A stretch of DNA of 64,000 nucleotides from the human T2T-CHM13v2.0 reference genome, Homo sapiens. Position 1 is the stretch's first letter; each line of letters opens with the position of its first letter. The notes beneath the pieces are model-generated. The model saw only the letters and a list, made by a program, of their open reading frames with translations. It had not been told where the DNA came from and did not search any database. A program made the position numbers and the translations under genes. Where the stretch lies: NCBI RefSeq assembly GCF_009914755.1, contig NC_060937.1; one strand, given 5' to 3'. Shown piece after piece: positions 26,101 to 41,635 of this stretch.

Positions 26101-27772
26101 CATTTGCTATTTCAGGGAGGAAAGCTAGTTGTTATGCCTCCTTTTTGATGAGGTTTAGAGAAAAAAAAATTACCTTAATGGCACAATATAATTGAGGCAA
26201 CAATTCACATACCATCGCCTGTCATATATGATGAATTCCAAAATATGATTGCCACACTTTAGAAGACTCATTCTTCTGAAAATTGTAAAGCAAAAAAGGG
26301 AAGATTTGAAAACATGTAATATAAAAATTAAATTATTCTTCTGAGAATGAAAGTGTCCTATAGGAATTAGTATGTTAAACAAGAAAACTGCTTTATAATC
26401 ACCTAGAAAGTTGTAATACATTATCATTGATTGTTCTTGAGTTTATTTTCTTTGCAGCAATCTGTTTCCAGTGATCCATAATTAAAGCCATTCTAGGCAT
26501 GAATAAATACGTAAGAAGGGTTGAAATCTGACATTATTTAAAATATTATTTTCCCCTCTATTTTAATGAACAAGAAGTGATCTCAGAAATATTTGCTCGC
26601 TAATGCTGGCAGAGATTTAAAGTTAACAGTGAACATGAAACTTCCTTTACATTGCTAGGGCAAACTATCTTAGAGGTTTTTGTTCTTCAGAGCTGAACAC
26701 GCTTTTTGAGTTTCAAATTGTTTGAGTTATCTTTAATTCCATTAGAAATAAAGCATGAGACAGTAAAAACTGCTCTATCTGAGAAATATCATCTTTCTTA
26801 ATTCAGTGTCATGGGGAATCTTTCAGAGGAATATCAAGGGTTGTCAAATACTGCTAAACCAATGGGCCATATTAGATTTAAACCATGATGCATACTTCTG
26901 TTGAAAGCAGTATTATATTAGTAGAGCATACAATAGACTTGAATACAGAAGACAAATCTGGCCATGTATTTGTCATAAGGTATGCACTCATAAGTTCTCT
27001 ATTATTTCAATTGTCATAAAGTAACAAATGCATCTTACTGAACTCTTTTTTGTTAAAAAGGAAAAGATAGATACGTAATGCACCCTATGTTAACAAAGAT
27101 ACTTTAACAAAATAGGTCATGTCTACAGGGTTTAACTAGACATTAGACCATGAAATACTTGAGTTCTTACCATTACAACAGTGACAAATTGGTGATTTCA
27201 AATCTCAGTTAGCAATTCTGTAGTGAGGTGAAAAGTTCATTGTTTCTTGGTTTTTTGTTTTGTTTTGTTTTGGTCATACTTGGCAACCATGTTTCAAGGA
27301 ATAACCTATTTCTTCCTCATATAGTTTTGGCTACTTAGATTATCCCCTGAGTCATGTTTTTGGTAATTAAGCCTCCATATACTTGTAAAAAATAATGAAT
27401 CCATTCTGCACTCAGTAGCTTAATTCATTTTTTGAAAGAAACGATAGAAACAGTTTTAGAAAAAAATGCCACATCAAAAAGTGGAAAATTGTAGTGGACA
27501 AACTAAGAAACCAACAGTCAAGAGCATAAATCCAAAAAGCATGGCATAAATCAACTTTGAGAAAATATTAATAATACAGGAATTTTATATAATGTGTCAT
27601 ATTTTCTAAATATTCAATTTTAATATTCAATATTCAATTTTATTCTATTTTTCATAACTCTTTAAGCTAAGAGATATCCATTTTTTAAAAAATTAAAACC
27701 TTGTTAATTGTTGTAAGCTTAAGCACAGTAGGGGCAATGAAATTAAAATTCTAGATTGATGGGTTTGCATTT

Positions 27773-27922
27773 TATTTCATTTTATTTTTATTTTTATTTT
27801 TGGTAGAGACCGGGTTTTCACCATGTTGACCAGGCTGGTCTCAAACTCCTGGCCTCAAGCTGTGTGCTCACCTCAGCCTCCCAAAGTGCTGGGATTACAG
27901 GCATGAGCCAAAGTGCCTGCCC
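27773..27922 (-). mobile_element. FLAM_C-like free left Alu monomer
   Basis: Single left monomer with own tail; TSD TGGGTTTGCATTT at 27760-27772 and 27925-27937. Confidence 0.88.
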
Positions 27923-28289
27923 AGTGGGTTTGCATTTAAAAAGAAACAAAAACTCTGAAATCTACTATGAGTTCCTGAGCAAGTGTATGACATCATTTTT
28001 TTAAACAATCTTAGCAACACTGTATTCTTACTTTGATATATAAAATGATGTTGAAGAAATTGAAAATGCTCATTCTGAAGAAAAAAACTTTAAGAACATA
28101 AATTTGGAAGGACCGTGTTGTAAAATAGATTTATTCCTTTTTTTTCCCAAATGGCAGAATAATAATCATTAGGAATTTGTCACAAGGGAGCTTATGTAGG
28201 CTTCAATGTCTGATAATTTGTGTCCTAGAGAGGGGAGTTTCCCATTACTGTGAAGCCTAATTATGTAGGAAGTAGCAGGAATTTTCAAA

Positions 28290-28782
<493 letters not shown>

Positions 28783-31044
28783 TTAATTATTATTATTTCC
28801 CCCACATACAAGCTTCCTTCTGCCTAGAAGGCACTGACAAACTGCTAGGCATTAAACAATGAGGTATCACCTAAAGTATAAAGTTAAATAAGATGGTTCG
28901 TGCTTTTGAGAAGTTTATTGTTCTCAAATTAAATAAAATGTGAAATCATTTTAACATGACCTGCTATGTGCTAACCAGAGACTGCGAAAACAGAGGAGGC
29001 AGACACTGGGCTCACCTGAATTTCTAAGCAGGCTTGCTCTGCAGCTGCTAGGATGCCCTCCAAAGGATTCATGGCTCATAGTTGCTTTCTTTCTGTGTGC
29101 CCTAGATTTTGATCAGAACTGCGTAATTCCAAATTATTTAGGTGACGATTTCTACAGATGGCTAATCTCATCATTATCTTTTGCTTCATATGAGTGTCAC
29201 TGTTAGAAGTAGCCTTGTGCTCAGTAATGACTTTACATTTTCTGCATAGAAAGCTCTAGAAATGAGGTCGGAAGTTAGGACTAGAACATTTATCTGAAAG
29301 CTGTGTTTCTGTGGCAAGTACATCCATTGTCTTTTTTATTAGGATGGGTTTGGGAGAAGTAACAGGGATAATGGGAATCCAACACCCCACAAGCCATTCC
29401 TTGATACCTCCACTGCTGAGTTTATAATAAAAAACAGAACTTAATCATTTTTAGTATTTCTCAAAATGTCATTTTATTCAAACCTGAGATTTAAAAAAAA
29501 ACCCTGTAATTTTGAGAAACTACCTTTCTTTCACTATAGTGCATGCAGTTTGTCTTCAACATGATAAAGCATTTCTTCCGTTTCAAGAACCTTCTCCACT
29601 GTCCATCTTTGAGGATCTTTTGCATTCCTCAAATACTCACTGAACACCATGTCCTCTGATTTTTATGAACAAATGGATCTTTTCTCTTAATGAAACACTA
29701 TACAAATACCATTTTTATGTTCTAACACAATTTTTATTCTTAATTTAGTGGTTTTATAGTTTTCTTGTCTTTTCTGAATCTTACTGACCTATGCATCATT
29801 CATAGCCGCTAAAATTGTACTTTGTCCTCAGTAAGTGCTTCATAAACATTTGCTAAATAGTGAAATTAAATAACCATTGCTTATTTTGGTTTAATAATAA
29901 AAGAGGTTAAAAAGTAGCTATGACAAATAATAATAATTTTAATGTAATTCTAGTTTTAAAAACCCTCACAATATAATTTTAGTTCAAACAATGTGGTTCA
30001 TAGAAATGACTAGTTTTATATTTCTATCAAATTCCTTTGTTATGTGATTGCTAAATTACAATTCAGTGGCCAATATCCTGTGTTTCAGACTTGCCCTTTG
30101 ACAAAGCTTTAAATAATGTTGTGGATCACAGAAAATAAAATGACATTTTCAAAATCATAGAGCTAGCAAATAAAAGCACCTCACTGGCATATGCTTTTGA
30201 GCCAACATTTCATTGTGGTAAAAAGGCTCCCATGTCATTCTAATACATATTAGGGAGGATCATTCCTTTTGTTAGGGAATTGATATCTCCTAAAAAAATT
30301 ATGTTGTCTACAAATTTTACATTTAGAAAATTAATAGAAAGAGATAAGTAAAATAAAGATGTCCAAATCATTTAAGAATTTCATTGCAACTAACTGTTTA
30401 AAAGCCTATTGCTCCCAAACAAATTTTCTAATTTTGACATTAGAACAATTGGTTGTCTACTTATAATTCCTACAGAGAATACCTGTAACCATGATGGCAA
30501 GTTCGTGATGAGATTTAGAAACTTCAAGACTTTAGTTGGCCTAAAGATAGACAGTCAGTATGTTAGAATGGCAAACTTTATTAATAAAGCTATTTGCTCC
30601 AAGCTAGTAACTGCACCATTGTTTCTTGCTTTCACCCTGCCTTTCCTGTGCTGCTTTTTCTATTTTATATTCTCATTTTATTTTAGTTCAGTAATATTCA
30701 CCAAAAGTAGCATTTACTTAAGTAGTTTTCATGAAACAGTAGTTCCGTGACATTTGCTACAATAAAATTAAACTTTTGTCACACAGGCTCTAGAAAATAT
30801 TACATATTCCATTGTCATCCTTAGACATTTACACATTAGAGTATTATGTCTATTTGAATATACATCATTATATTAAAAGTTTTGAGAAATCAACAGTAAA
30901 GAAACTTACTTAACCTGGTTAACCATCATGTTATAATTTATATGACTTTTTGCCAGGTAACTTATTAGAAATAACAATATATATTATAATATACATATGA
31001 TATATATTATATTATACAAAATAATGTTATGGACCATGGACCAC

Positions 31045-31235
31045 ATTAAACGCTTTACCTGCATTATATCATTTAATCATCACCACAACTTGAGGAAGTA
31101 TGTATGATTATTACCCAAGTTTGCCGATTAAAAAATCAAAGCATTTCAAAATTAAGAATTTGCTGAGGTTGACAGACTGTTAAGATTTGGGACTTGATTT
31201 GTCTCAAGGGTCCATTCTTTTACCCACTGTGTTCT
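31045..31235 (-). mobile_element. MIR fragment
   Basis: GCTTTACCTGCATTATATCATTTAATCATCACCACAAC. Confidence 0.65.
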
Positions 31236-32017
31236 TCTATCTCAATACAATTAAAAACTCTTATAAAGATATTTTAGATTTCAGGGACAAGAGGAGTATG
31301 ATAGGGATGTTAATTTTTTCAAATTTTGTTCTCACTTTGAAAAATATTATTTGAAGATAAGGCATGATAGTATTCTGTGTTATACAAATTCTCTTTAATA
31401 AGATTCTTATCTTCACTCTTATCTGTTTGAACATATGCTTCACTCATCTTTTTCTTTTATTACTTTCTACCTTAAGATTTTAATATCTTGTTTATATAAT
31501 TCAGATTTACAAAGTGCTGAGTAATGTTTCAGTTGAAAGTCAGACTTAGACTTCTCTCACACTTCTGCTTATCATTTCCATAAGATTCATTTTCAGTTAA
31601 TCAAGCTCAGCAATTAAAAAGAGAAAGTCAATAATTAATAATATATATAATTAATTTATATGACAAATTATTGGATTTTTGAAAGACATAGAGATTCAGT
31701 TAACTTTAGTAAAATTTTACTTTGTATTGGGTATTGTACCAGAAACAGAGATAAAAATTAAAATAAAATATGGATCTGGTCTTCATGAAACAAGGAGTCT
31801 AGTGGGGAAAAATAATCCTATAGAAAAAAAAACTCATACTGTAATACAAAGAATGATAAATAGAATGAATCAAGGATGCATAAAGAATTAGGGGACCTTA
31901 GAAAAGAAAATATCACTCTGATTTAGCCAAGTAAGTTAGCCAGGTGAAAAAAGTAATAAAAGAATGTGGTTCCAATGGAGAGAACAGCATTCACTAATCA
32001 CACAGGTGAGAAACAGC

Positions 32018-32039
32018 TGTGTGTGTGTGTGTGTGTGTA
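32018..32039. repeat. (TG)n microsatellite
   Basis: About 10 TG units. Confidence 0.9.
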
Positions 32040-32564
32040 TGTATTTCTGTGTTTGAATAGTAAGCATCTCTTGATTGTTAGGGCATGAAATGTAAACTCT
32101 GCAATAGTACAGCAAGAGACTGGATAGGTGAAAGACACAGAACAAGCCATGCAAGTCTACTATATTGTGCCAAAAGATTTGTGAAATCCACTGAATAATT
32201 TTAAGCAGAGAACTAACATGTTTTGACTTGCATTTTGGACAGATTATGATGACTTCAATCTCGGGAACAGATTTTCATGAAACTTAACTGATGATGAGAC
32301 CATACTGGGCCTTATCATGATTATTGAGGTGAGACATGATAAGAACTTGAGTTAGAGCAATGGTAACAAACAGGGAAATTAGCGGATCAATTCTTGCAGC
32401 ATTTAGGTGGTAAAACTGGATGATAGAGGGTTGCATTTGATATATGTGTGGAGAGAATGTTATGAACTCTGAAGTTTTGTGTCCCCCCAAATATTCAAAT
32501 GTTGAAGCCTAACCCCCAGTGCATTGGGTTTTGGAGATGGGGGTCTTTAAGAGTAATTAAGTTT

Positions 32565-33347
<783 letters not shown>

Positions 33348-34009
33348 GACCTCATCAGGAACCAAATCTGAAAGCATTTTGATCTTGGACTTGCAGGCCT
33401 CCAGAACTGGAGAAATCAAAGTCTGCTGCTCAAGCCACCCAATCTACAGTATTTTGTCTTAGCAGTCTAAGACAGAGGGCGAGATTAGAAACTGTCAAGC
33501 TTGACTCTCCCATTTCTAGTTTGTGTGAAGGGCTGAATTTTGGAGGCACAAACTAAACTGGAGAAAACAGAAAGAGGATCATGTTGGGAAAAATGATCAC
33601 AGGTTTCATTTTGAGCACAGTTGAATTTGAGGTAATGATATCCTATGAGCAATTTCATATATTTAGAAAGTGATACATGACAAAAAGAAAAGAAGCAAAA
33701 GCTACTATAAGATATAAGCATGTGTAAATGTACCTCAAATACTCCTATTTATTGTGTAAGATAAAAGGTAAATTAGCCTTAAACTCATTGAAAAGTTAAA
33801 CAAATATTTTTGCACACTCACCCTCTTCTTCTTGTTGAACTTTGTCTTCTTGGTGGTATTTTACTTTCCTAAGGATGAGTTATTTTGGAGAAGCCTTTAC
33901 TGGATGCAAGTAAGAAAATCGTTAAAGAATTCTATGCTGGATTCTCAATAGCAACCAAGAAACCAGGGAGAAAACCTGTCTGAAGGGAAAACTTTTTATA
34001 AGTTTTTAG

Positions 34010-34570
34010 TGTGTCTGACTCAGAACTTTTTCTACTGCAAGAGAATGAAACCTAACTCACTCTAATTTAAGAAAGAAAAATGAATTATTGACTCACATTA
34101 CCAAAAGATCCAAGGATACCTAGCTTCAGTCATTGCTTGATCCAGAGTCACAACAATATCAAGATTCAGTTATTATCCTTTTTTTCTGCTCTATTTCTCC
34201 CCGGAGAACCTTTTTCTCATGCCACTTTTCTCTACTTTGGGGCCCCCTAGCAGATCCCTCTTTATATTATCTTAATAATTCTATTAGGAAAAGTCTCTTT
34301 ATTTTGACTTCCAAAGAAAATCACAGATTGAGTCTCATTGTGCAGGCTTGGGGCATGTGTTTAATCCCTTAATCACTCTTTCCAGTGGGGATGGAATGAT
34401 TGGTTGGCCCAGCTTGGATCATTTGCCAACAGCAAGTGCTGGCAGAAGGAGAGAAGGGATATAGTTCAGTACCACCGAAATAGAGGAGTGCCCCAACAGG
34501 AAGTCAGATTCTGTCAAGAAGGAGGAATGGATACTGGGATGGCAGAATCAACAGCTGTCCACTACAGAGC
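34010..34570 (-). mobile_element. Old MLT1 (J/K/L-like) LTR
   Basis: TGCAAGAGAATGAAACCTAACTCA..., AGCTTCAGTCATTGCTTGATCCAGAG, GATTGGTTGGCCCAGCTTGGATCA. Confidence 0.6.
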
Positions 34571-35584
34571 CACACAGCAAAAATTACCAGATTGGAAGGA
34601 ACAGCATGTGTGCCTGTAGGTTGTGTCTATTTGAGTGCAGGTATATGTACTCAGTGACAATAAGAAATGTCCATGGCATGGTACCTCTCTTCTGGTCTGT
34701 TTCATTTGGGACATTTCTCCCTCAACCCCAGCAGAATAAAAAGATCCTTAGTGTCCCTGGCTCCTGATAATCATATTAGCTCTTAAGAAGCAATCCCTGG
34801 TTAACTTCACTCCTATCCTTCCTTCTCAATGTTCTAGTATCTCTCTCTGGAGCTACATATTCAAAACAAATAAGACCCCATCCAATTTAGCATCAGAGAA
34901 GCTTAAAGTAACTAATTTTCTTTACACTCACTTCCCAAACATTTGGCACATCACGAGACAATGTATAAATGACAGCTCTTCAAAAGTGAGGAGATAGGGG
35001 TTAGGTGCCATAATATGATGAAAGCAATACAAAATTTAACATCTTTTTACGGCTGCTTTTTTCCCTTCACGAAGTCCACACATCCATAATTCCACTCCCT
35101 CTTTCATTTCCTTGCTGTCTGCTTCCTTCTCCCATTAAATTAACACAGAGATAATCCTCAATCATGCACAATTAAATGTGAGTAGCTCTCAGACTGGCAG
35201 CCTTGCATTCTGTCCCTCTATAAGCTGCTGGGGACCAGAGAGTCTGTGGAGCTGAAACTCTGTCCAGAACTGAAAAGACAATACTGTATTTTACTATATT
35301 TTAGTGCAAACATAAAATATAGCAATTAAATTACATGTCAGATGTGCCCTAAGTATCTAACTGCTATTTATAAAATTTAAAATGTATATAATTATTTCTT
35401 TTGTTAAATGTCTAAATTCCAAACAATTTAATTTTAGGCAGTACCGTTATAGGGAAGAAAGAGGCGCATAGTACATCAGAAACCATGTGGCGTATAATTG
35501 TCATTGAAGATGCGTTTCTAATATTCATGCATAGTATAATTAGAGTAAACATAGAAACTAAGTATCTGATTTGTAAAGATATTT

Positions 35585-35680
35585 TTTCTATTTGTTTAAC
35601 TGCTCTTTGTCTAGCACCCATTGCAGTATCTGACACATAGTAGGTATTCCATAATTGTTCATTGAATGATTCAATGAAAG
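35585..35680 (+). mobile_element. L2 3' terminus
   Basis: TCTGACACATAGTAGGTATTCCATAATTGTTCATTGAATGA. Confidence 0.6.
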
Positions 35681-38600
35681 AGAATTCCAAGTGTGTGAGA
35701 TATGGAGACAGAAACTGTAACTAGAATAACTATTGCAAAAGTTATTTACAAGTAAACAAACCAAAAAACAAAAAGGGAAGAAAAAAATACCACCATGCTG
35801 AGCTACAGCTACACCAGTCTCAATTAATAATCAAGCTTCTATAATGCTAGAGTGAAAAATATTGAGAGAAAAAGTAGATTGCTTCCTGAGAGCTTCTGTA
35901 ATGCTAATAGAATCTTTAGACTCCATTGTCACACTGATGATTCACTGGTAAAAAGCAGGCACACTTTTTTTTGGCCTTCATTATCAGCCCATTTCTGGCC
36001 TGATTTGCTTTAGATGATTTAGACTCTGCTGCACCTGAACTGTGACTTTCCATATCAGAAAAGGGAATGAAAGATGAACAAAGACAAAAAATGGAGGGGG
36101 AAGTAAGAATAAGAAGAAAAACCAAGGCTATAAAATTAAAAACATAAAAAAATCATAGCAGTCTGTCTACTCTGTGCCTGAGGTTAAAATTTTAAGTATT
36201 TTCAGGGCTTCTACTCACCCCTTTACCCCCCAAAAACTTCTATTTTCTCGTATCTAAAGGACATTGCTTTATGGTGTGTGCAGCAAAATAGGTTTTGTTT
36301 TGTTTTGTTTTGTTTTTTAAGCTGTCTGCAGTCCACAGTAGAAGAGTCAGGGAATCTAGCTACACTACAATGCTCCTTTTGGCATTCTTCACTGCAACCA
36401 TTCATTGTGGCAGTAGCTAACATTTGTCAGTTTAAGCCGTAAGCACATCTCTTGCCCATTACCAGACAACTTCAATAATTTTTGAATAATTTTAAATCAC
36501 TCCAGTGCCCAGGAAGACCCGAGAAAAAGCACAAGCCAAGCTCCTATTTCACAGTATAGCTGCTACTCCTACAACAGACACTGGGCATAAATGAAGTTCT
36601 GAATGACCTGTGGTCAGTATGGGAATTTGGAACTAGCCAGGAGCACGTCATTAAAAAAATAATAATAATAAGTATTCAAAGCTAAAGTTACTTTACTTTA
36701 CCCAAATACGCAATGATAAGACCAGCTGCATGGAGAGCCTCAAGTATCTCCAGTATTTATTTGTGAGATTTACACTCAAACACATGTAATCATCATTTTC
36801 AAGACCAGCATTGAGGAATAGAATAGAGATCCTCAATAAGCATAAATATGATTACACAAGAGGTGAAAGTGGGAACCCTGTTTTGATTTGTATTAATGTC
36901 ATATTTTTTATGGTTTCTCTCTTGAGAAAACCAAATCTGTGACACTATGCACAAAATGATGAGACTATAGTCTGGTTGGCCCAGGCATATTAGTTTATAT
37001 GTGGATAGCTATAGTAAGTTGCTACATTCATGCAATAAAAATGTCAGAATTCTTGAATGCAGTGCCTCTGATTAGGCGAAACAAAAGGCTGAACTAAATT
37101 CCCAGTTTGAAAGTATCAATCTTATCGCTGCATTTCTGAGTGAGTCCTGTCCTCTCCTCTTTTTCCCGTGGTTATCTAGCCTAGCTATATCAATCTATGC
37201 TGTATGTAGAGCATTTTGTTGTGTGAAAGCTTTCTGGCTGTGGTGGAACAATGAAATCTCCTTTCATTTAATTGTTTGTGAAATCTGTGCAGTCCTCCTT
37301 TTCTGAAGGAAAAAACCCATGAAGTCTCTCTATGAAAATATGAAATTTAAGAGAAATCACACTTACTCTTAAATGATCAAAAACAGAGTAGGCTGCATGT
37401 CAAAAATCCATCAGAAAGCCATCATTTCCTTTAATGCACTAGATTTTATGAATTAAAGCTTCTTTTCCTGGCCCTTCTGCACATTAGCATTTTTGATTGT
37501 TGATTAGTAAACATAAGCATTTTAATGGCCTCTTCTAAGACGACTTCTAAGAATCTTTACAGAGGTTCTCTGGCTTATTTACATTCACAAAGATTAAACA
37601 ATCATCACACTTGCAAAAAATATACTGTCTGTAAGATAATAAAAGCCAGATTTGCCACCATTTTGTCCAGTAATAAGTGAAAGAGAAAAAAATAATATTC
37701 ACTTTGTTGATATTGTTTTTTCCTCCCCACATTTTTAAAAGTACAACAAAATTGCACTGTACTATATGCAAAAGAAAATTTGTCTATGACGAGAGAGCTA
37801 CCATGAAACATTCACTGATACTTCTGCGTGCTTCAACCAAAAAGGAGTTGTAATGCTGCTTCCTTGGTTTTCTCCATAGAGAACAAAACAAGGAGTTTAT
37901 GGCAAATGTACAGTGTGATTTTTATATGAAAAATAAATGATTCACTTATTATTTGTATCTGTAAAGGTTTTGATTTTTTTTTTTCTTCGAGTTATTCTTA
38001 AGGCAATTTGAGATCTCTATCAGAATTTAAAAGATAGGTGGTAAGCTTAAAAATGAACACAAACTCAGAGTGAATACAGTCAGTACCAGCTCCGGTTGTT
38101 ATCTACAAATTCTGTAACTACATGTTGTCAAGAGCTAGTCAAGTACAATTAAGGCAAAAAACCAACATAATCAAAAATCATAAGTTAGCATGCAGTGTTG
38201 AGGTTAAAATATAAATTTAATCCTGACATATATAAATAAGCCAAAAGAATGTAAGACACACAAGGTCACCTCCTTATTCATATTGCAGCAAAGAAAAGAA
38301 AAGTGGAAAATCTACGAATTGATTGGAACAATCCTAGGAATTATAACAGGACAAGTGAGGTTTTAATACTCCTTCAGGCTACCACTTATTCTTCCAACCT
38401 TAATCTTGAGTGAACTTGCCCTTACTATCTCTAAAACTGAATTTTTAAACTCCACAAAGCATATTAAGAGAGAGGAAGTACATTATTTATATTGACTCCT
38501 GTCTCAAGGAAGCAGGATGAATTAATGAAATCATCTTGGGCAAATGTGTTTTCATCTTACATTAAACTTAAATGAACTTTTGCTGTTGACAATGCACATC

Positions 38601-38699
38601 TGGAATCTTAGTTCTTTCTTTTGACTGGGTGAATGATCATGAGCACATCATTACACACTCCTGGGCCCCCGTATCTTCATCAATATACTAAGGAAGTAA

Positions 38700-39018
<319 letters not shown>

Positions 39019-39117
39019 AAAATGTATTCTTGACTAAGATAATTCTTGCAGGGACAATCAAAGGCAAAGCACTTTATTAACTATTAGCAAACTAATGAAG
39101 AACAAAACTTTGGATGA

Positions 39118-39468
<351 letters not shown>

Positions 39469-39474
39469 TAGAGT

Positions 39475-39645
39475 CAAGGGCTAGTTATTTAAATCCTTCT
39501 GTGCCTTTGTTTCCTCATCAGTAAAACAAGGATAATAGTACTACTTACCTCATAGAGTTGTTTCAGAATTAAATGACTTCATTTAGGTGCTGAATTTAGT
39601 ACCCTCACATAGTAAGTGCTATCTAAGAATTTGATGTTATTATTG
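39475..39645 (+). mobile_element. MIR
   Basis: CTGTGCCTTTGTTTCCTCATCAGTAAAACAAGGATAATAGTAC core. Confidence 0.8.
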
Positions 39646-40617
39646 TAAATATGATATTGAAAAGTCTGACAGAGTTTTTTCTCATGCATAACACAAATCC
39701 TTATACTGCAGTTTAAGCACATACACATTCTGGTTAGTGGGAAAAGAGCTTGAAGGAAATGATTCACCATACCAAGATTGAAAATAATCTCCCGAAAGCT
39801 AAGGCAATCATTGAAAAGCTCCCCAGGATTTCATTAACCAAAGCTGTCAATTTATTTTATTACAGTGCCGCATAAAGATAGTGGTCATTATGTTTTACTA
39901 AAAAAGTAGCTGCCTTATATTACTTTTCAAAGCACATGCAAAATACTGTTATTAACAAGAATATATATCTATAGAATACATATAGAGCTTTAGAGTAAAT
40001 ATTAAGCTTCAAAAATATTTCTACATTTTCCCCAATAAAACCAAGAAAGAGCTGTCTAGGAAGATGATAAGTAAATAGATGAGTAATTAGAGATTATAGA
40101 TAATAGATAGTTGAAACTTGTGGATTGATGTCAATTTTTATCTCAGTGATTACTCATTTGTTTGTACAGAAGGCCAAGGAAAGATAAAGATTTTCCCACA
40201 AATTAACTTTTAATGGCTCAAGCAGCAATAGCATTGCAAGAAAAAAATTTGTAAAAGAAGCAGCAGACCAGGTGACTTTAAGGAGACCTGCAATCATTTT
40301 CTACTATAAAACAGGAAAATTGAAAAGCAACAGGCTGTTTAGATTTACAAAAGAAAAAAATTGCATATAGATATTTTCATACATATTTACAATATTATGT
40401 ATATTCATATGCATACACACAATACAAATTCATTTCACATATAAAAAGTGTGAAATGTGAAATGTCAAGAGTTTCATTTAATTCGTGTGTATATGCATGT
40501 ATGACCAGGATGATCACTTTATTTCTCTTCTAATAAGAACACTACAGCAGAAAATGTGGCAATTTCTAACACAGGATATCCATACATTTGATCATAGGCT
40601 ACCTCAAAAGGAAAACA

Positions 40618-40930
<313 letters not shown>

Positions 40931-41479
40931 AAAGAAAACAAGCTTTTCTTACTTTTGAGGTCATTGTAAAACTCAGTGACCTGTGGAGTTAAGAAATGAC
41001 TGGATTCTGTTGCTCTGGGTCATGAATCTGGCTGCTGTGTCATAATAAGGCAAACAATGTATACTTTTTAAAAGTGCACTCTAGTCATCTTCCATTATCA
41101 CATTTTCACGGTGTCAACCAACATAGTTTTAACCATAATAATCAAGTCATTGAAAAAAGATCAATTTTATGTTTTAAAGACTTGGCTATAAAATACAAAT
41201 GAATTAATTGTGCCAGTAAACTCAAAGTGATTTATACTTGAGTGGAAAAGTATAGGATGAACTTTCAAAATAAATAATTTGCTTTTGATAATGGGGAATA
41301 GCCATGTATAAAGGGAAGGCACATCATTTAAAAAGCCTCAAATACTAAGGTTTAGAAAGGCATCTTTTCCATTATTCTAGGGACCATATTTCAACTGGTA
41401 ACAATCTTATAATTTAAAATTCCACTGAAATTGTTATATCATGCTTGGGTTCATTGTTTGGCAAGGTAGAATGGCAAAA

Positions 41480-41635
41480 ACTGGGGGCCAGGAGATTCAA
41501 AGTTTGTTGAGACTGTCACTAATTCTATTGGTATGCCTTCAAACAAATCCTTTCACATCTCAAGGCCCTTGGTTGCTTCCTGCAAAAAAGAGGGGGCAAC
41601 TAGACAAAAGATCTACACTCTGAGATCTAGCTTCT
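41480..41635 (+). mobile_element. MIR fragment
   Basis: CTTTCACATCTCAAGGCCCTTGGTTGCTTCCTGCAAAAAAGAGGGGGCAACTAGA (MIR3-like). Confidence 0.5.

Noticed and set aside
30970-31030. AT-rich imperfect palindrome
   Set aside because: Low-complexity AT sequence self-complements trivially.
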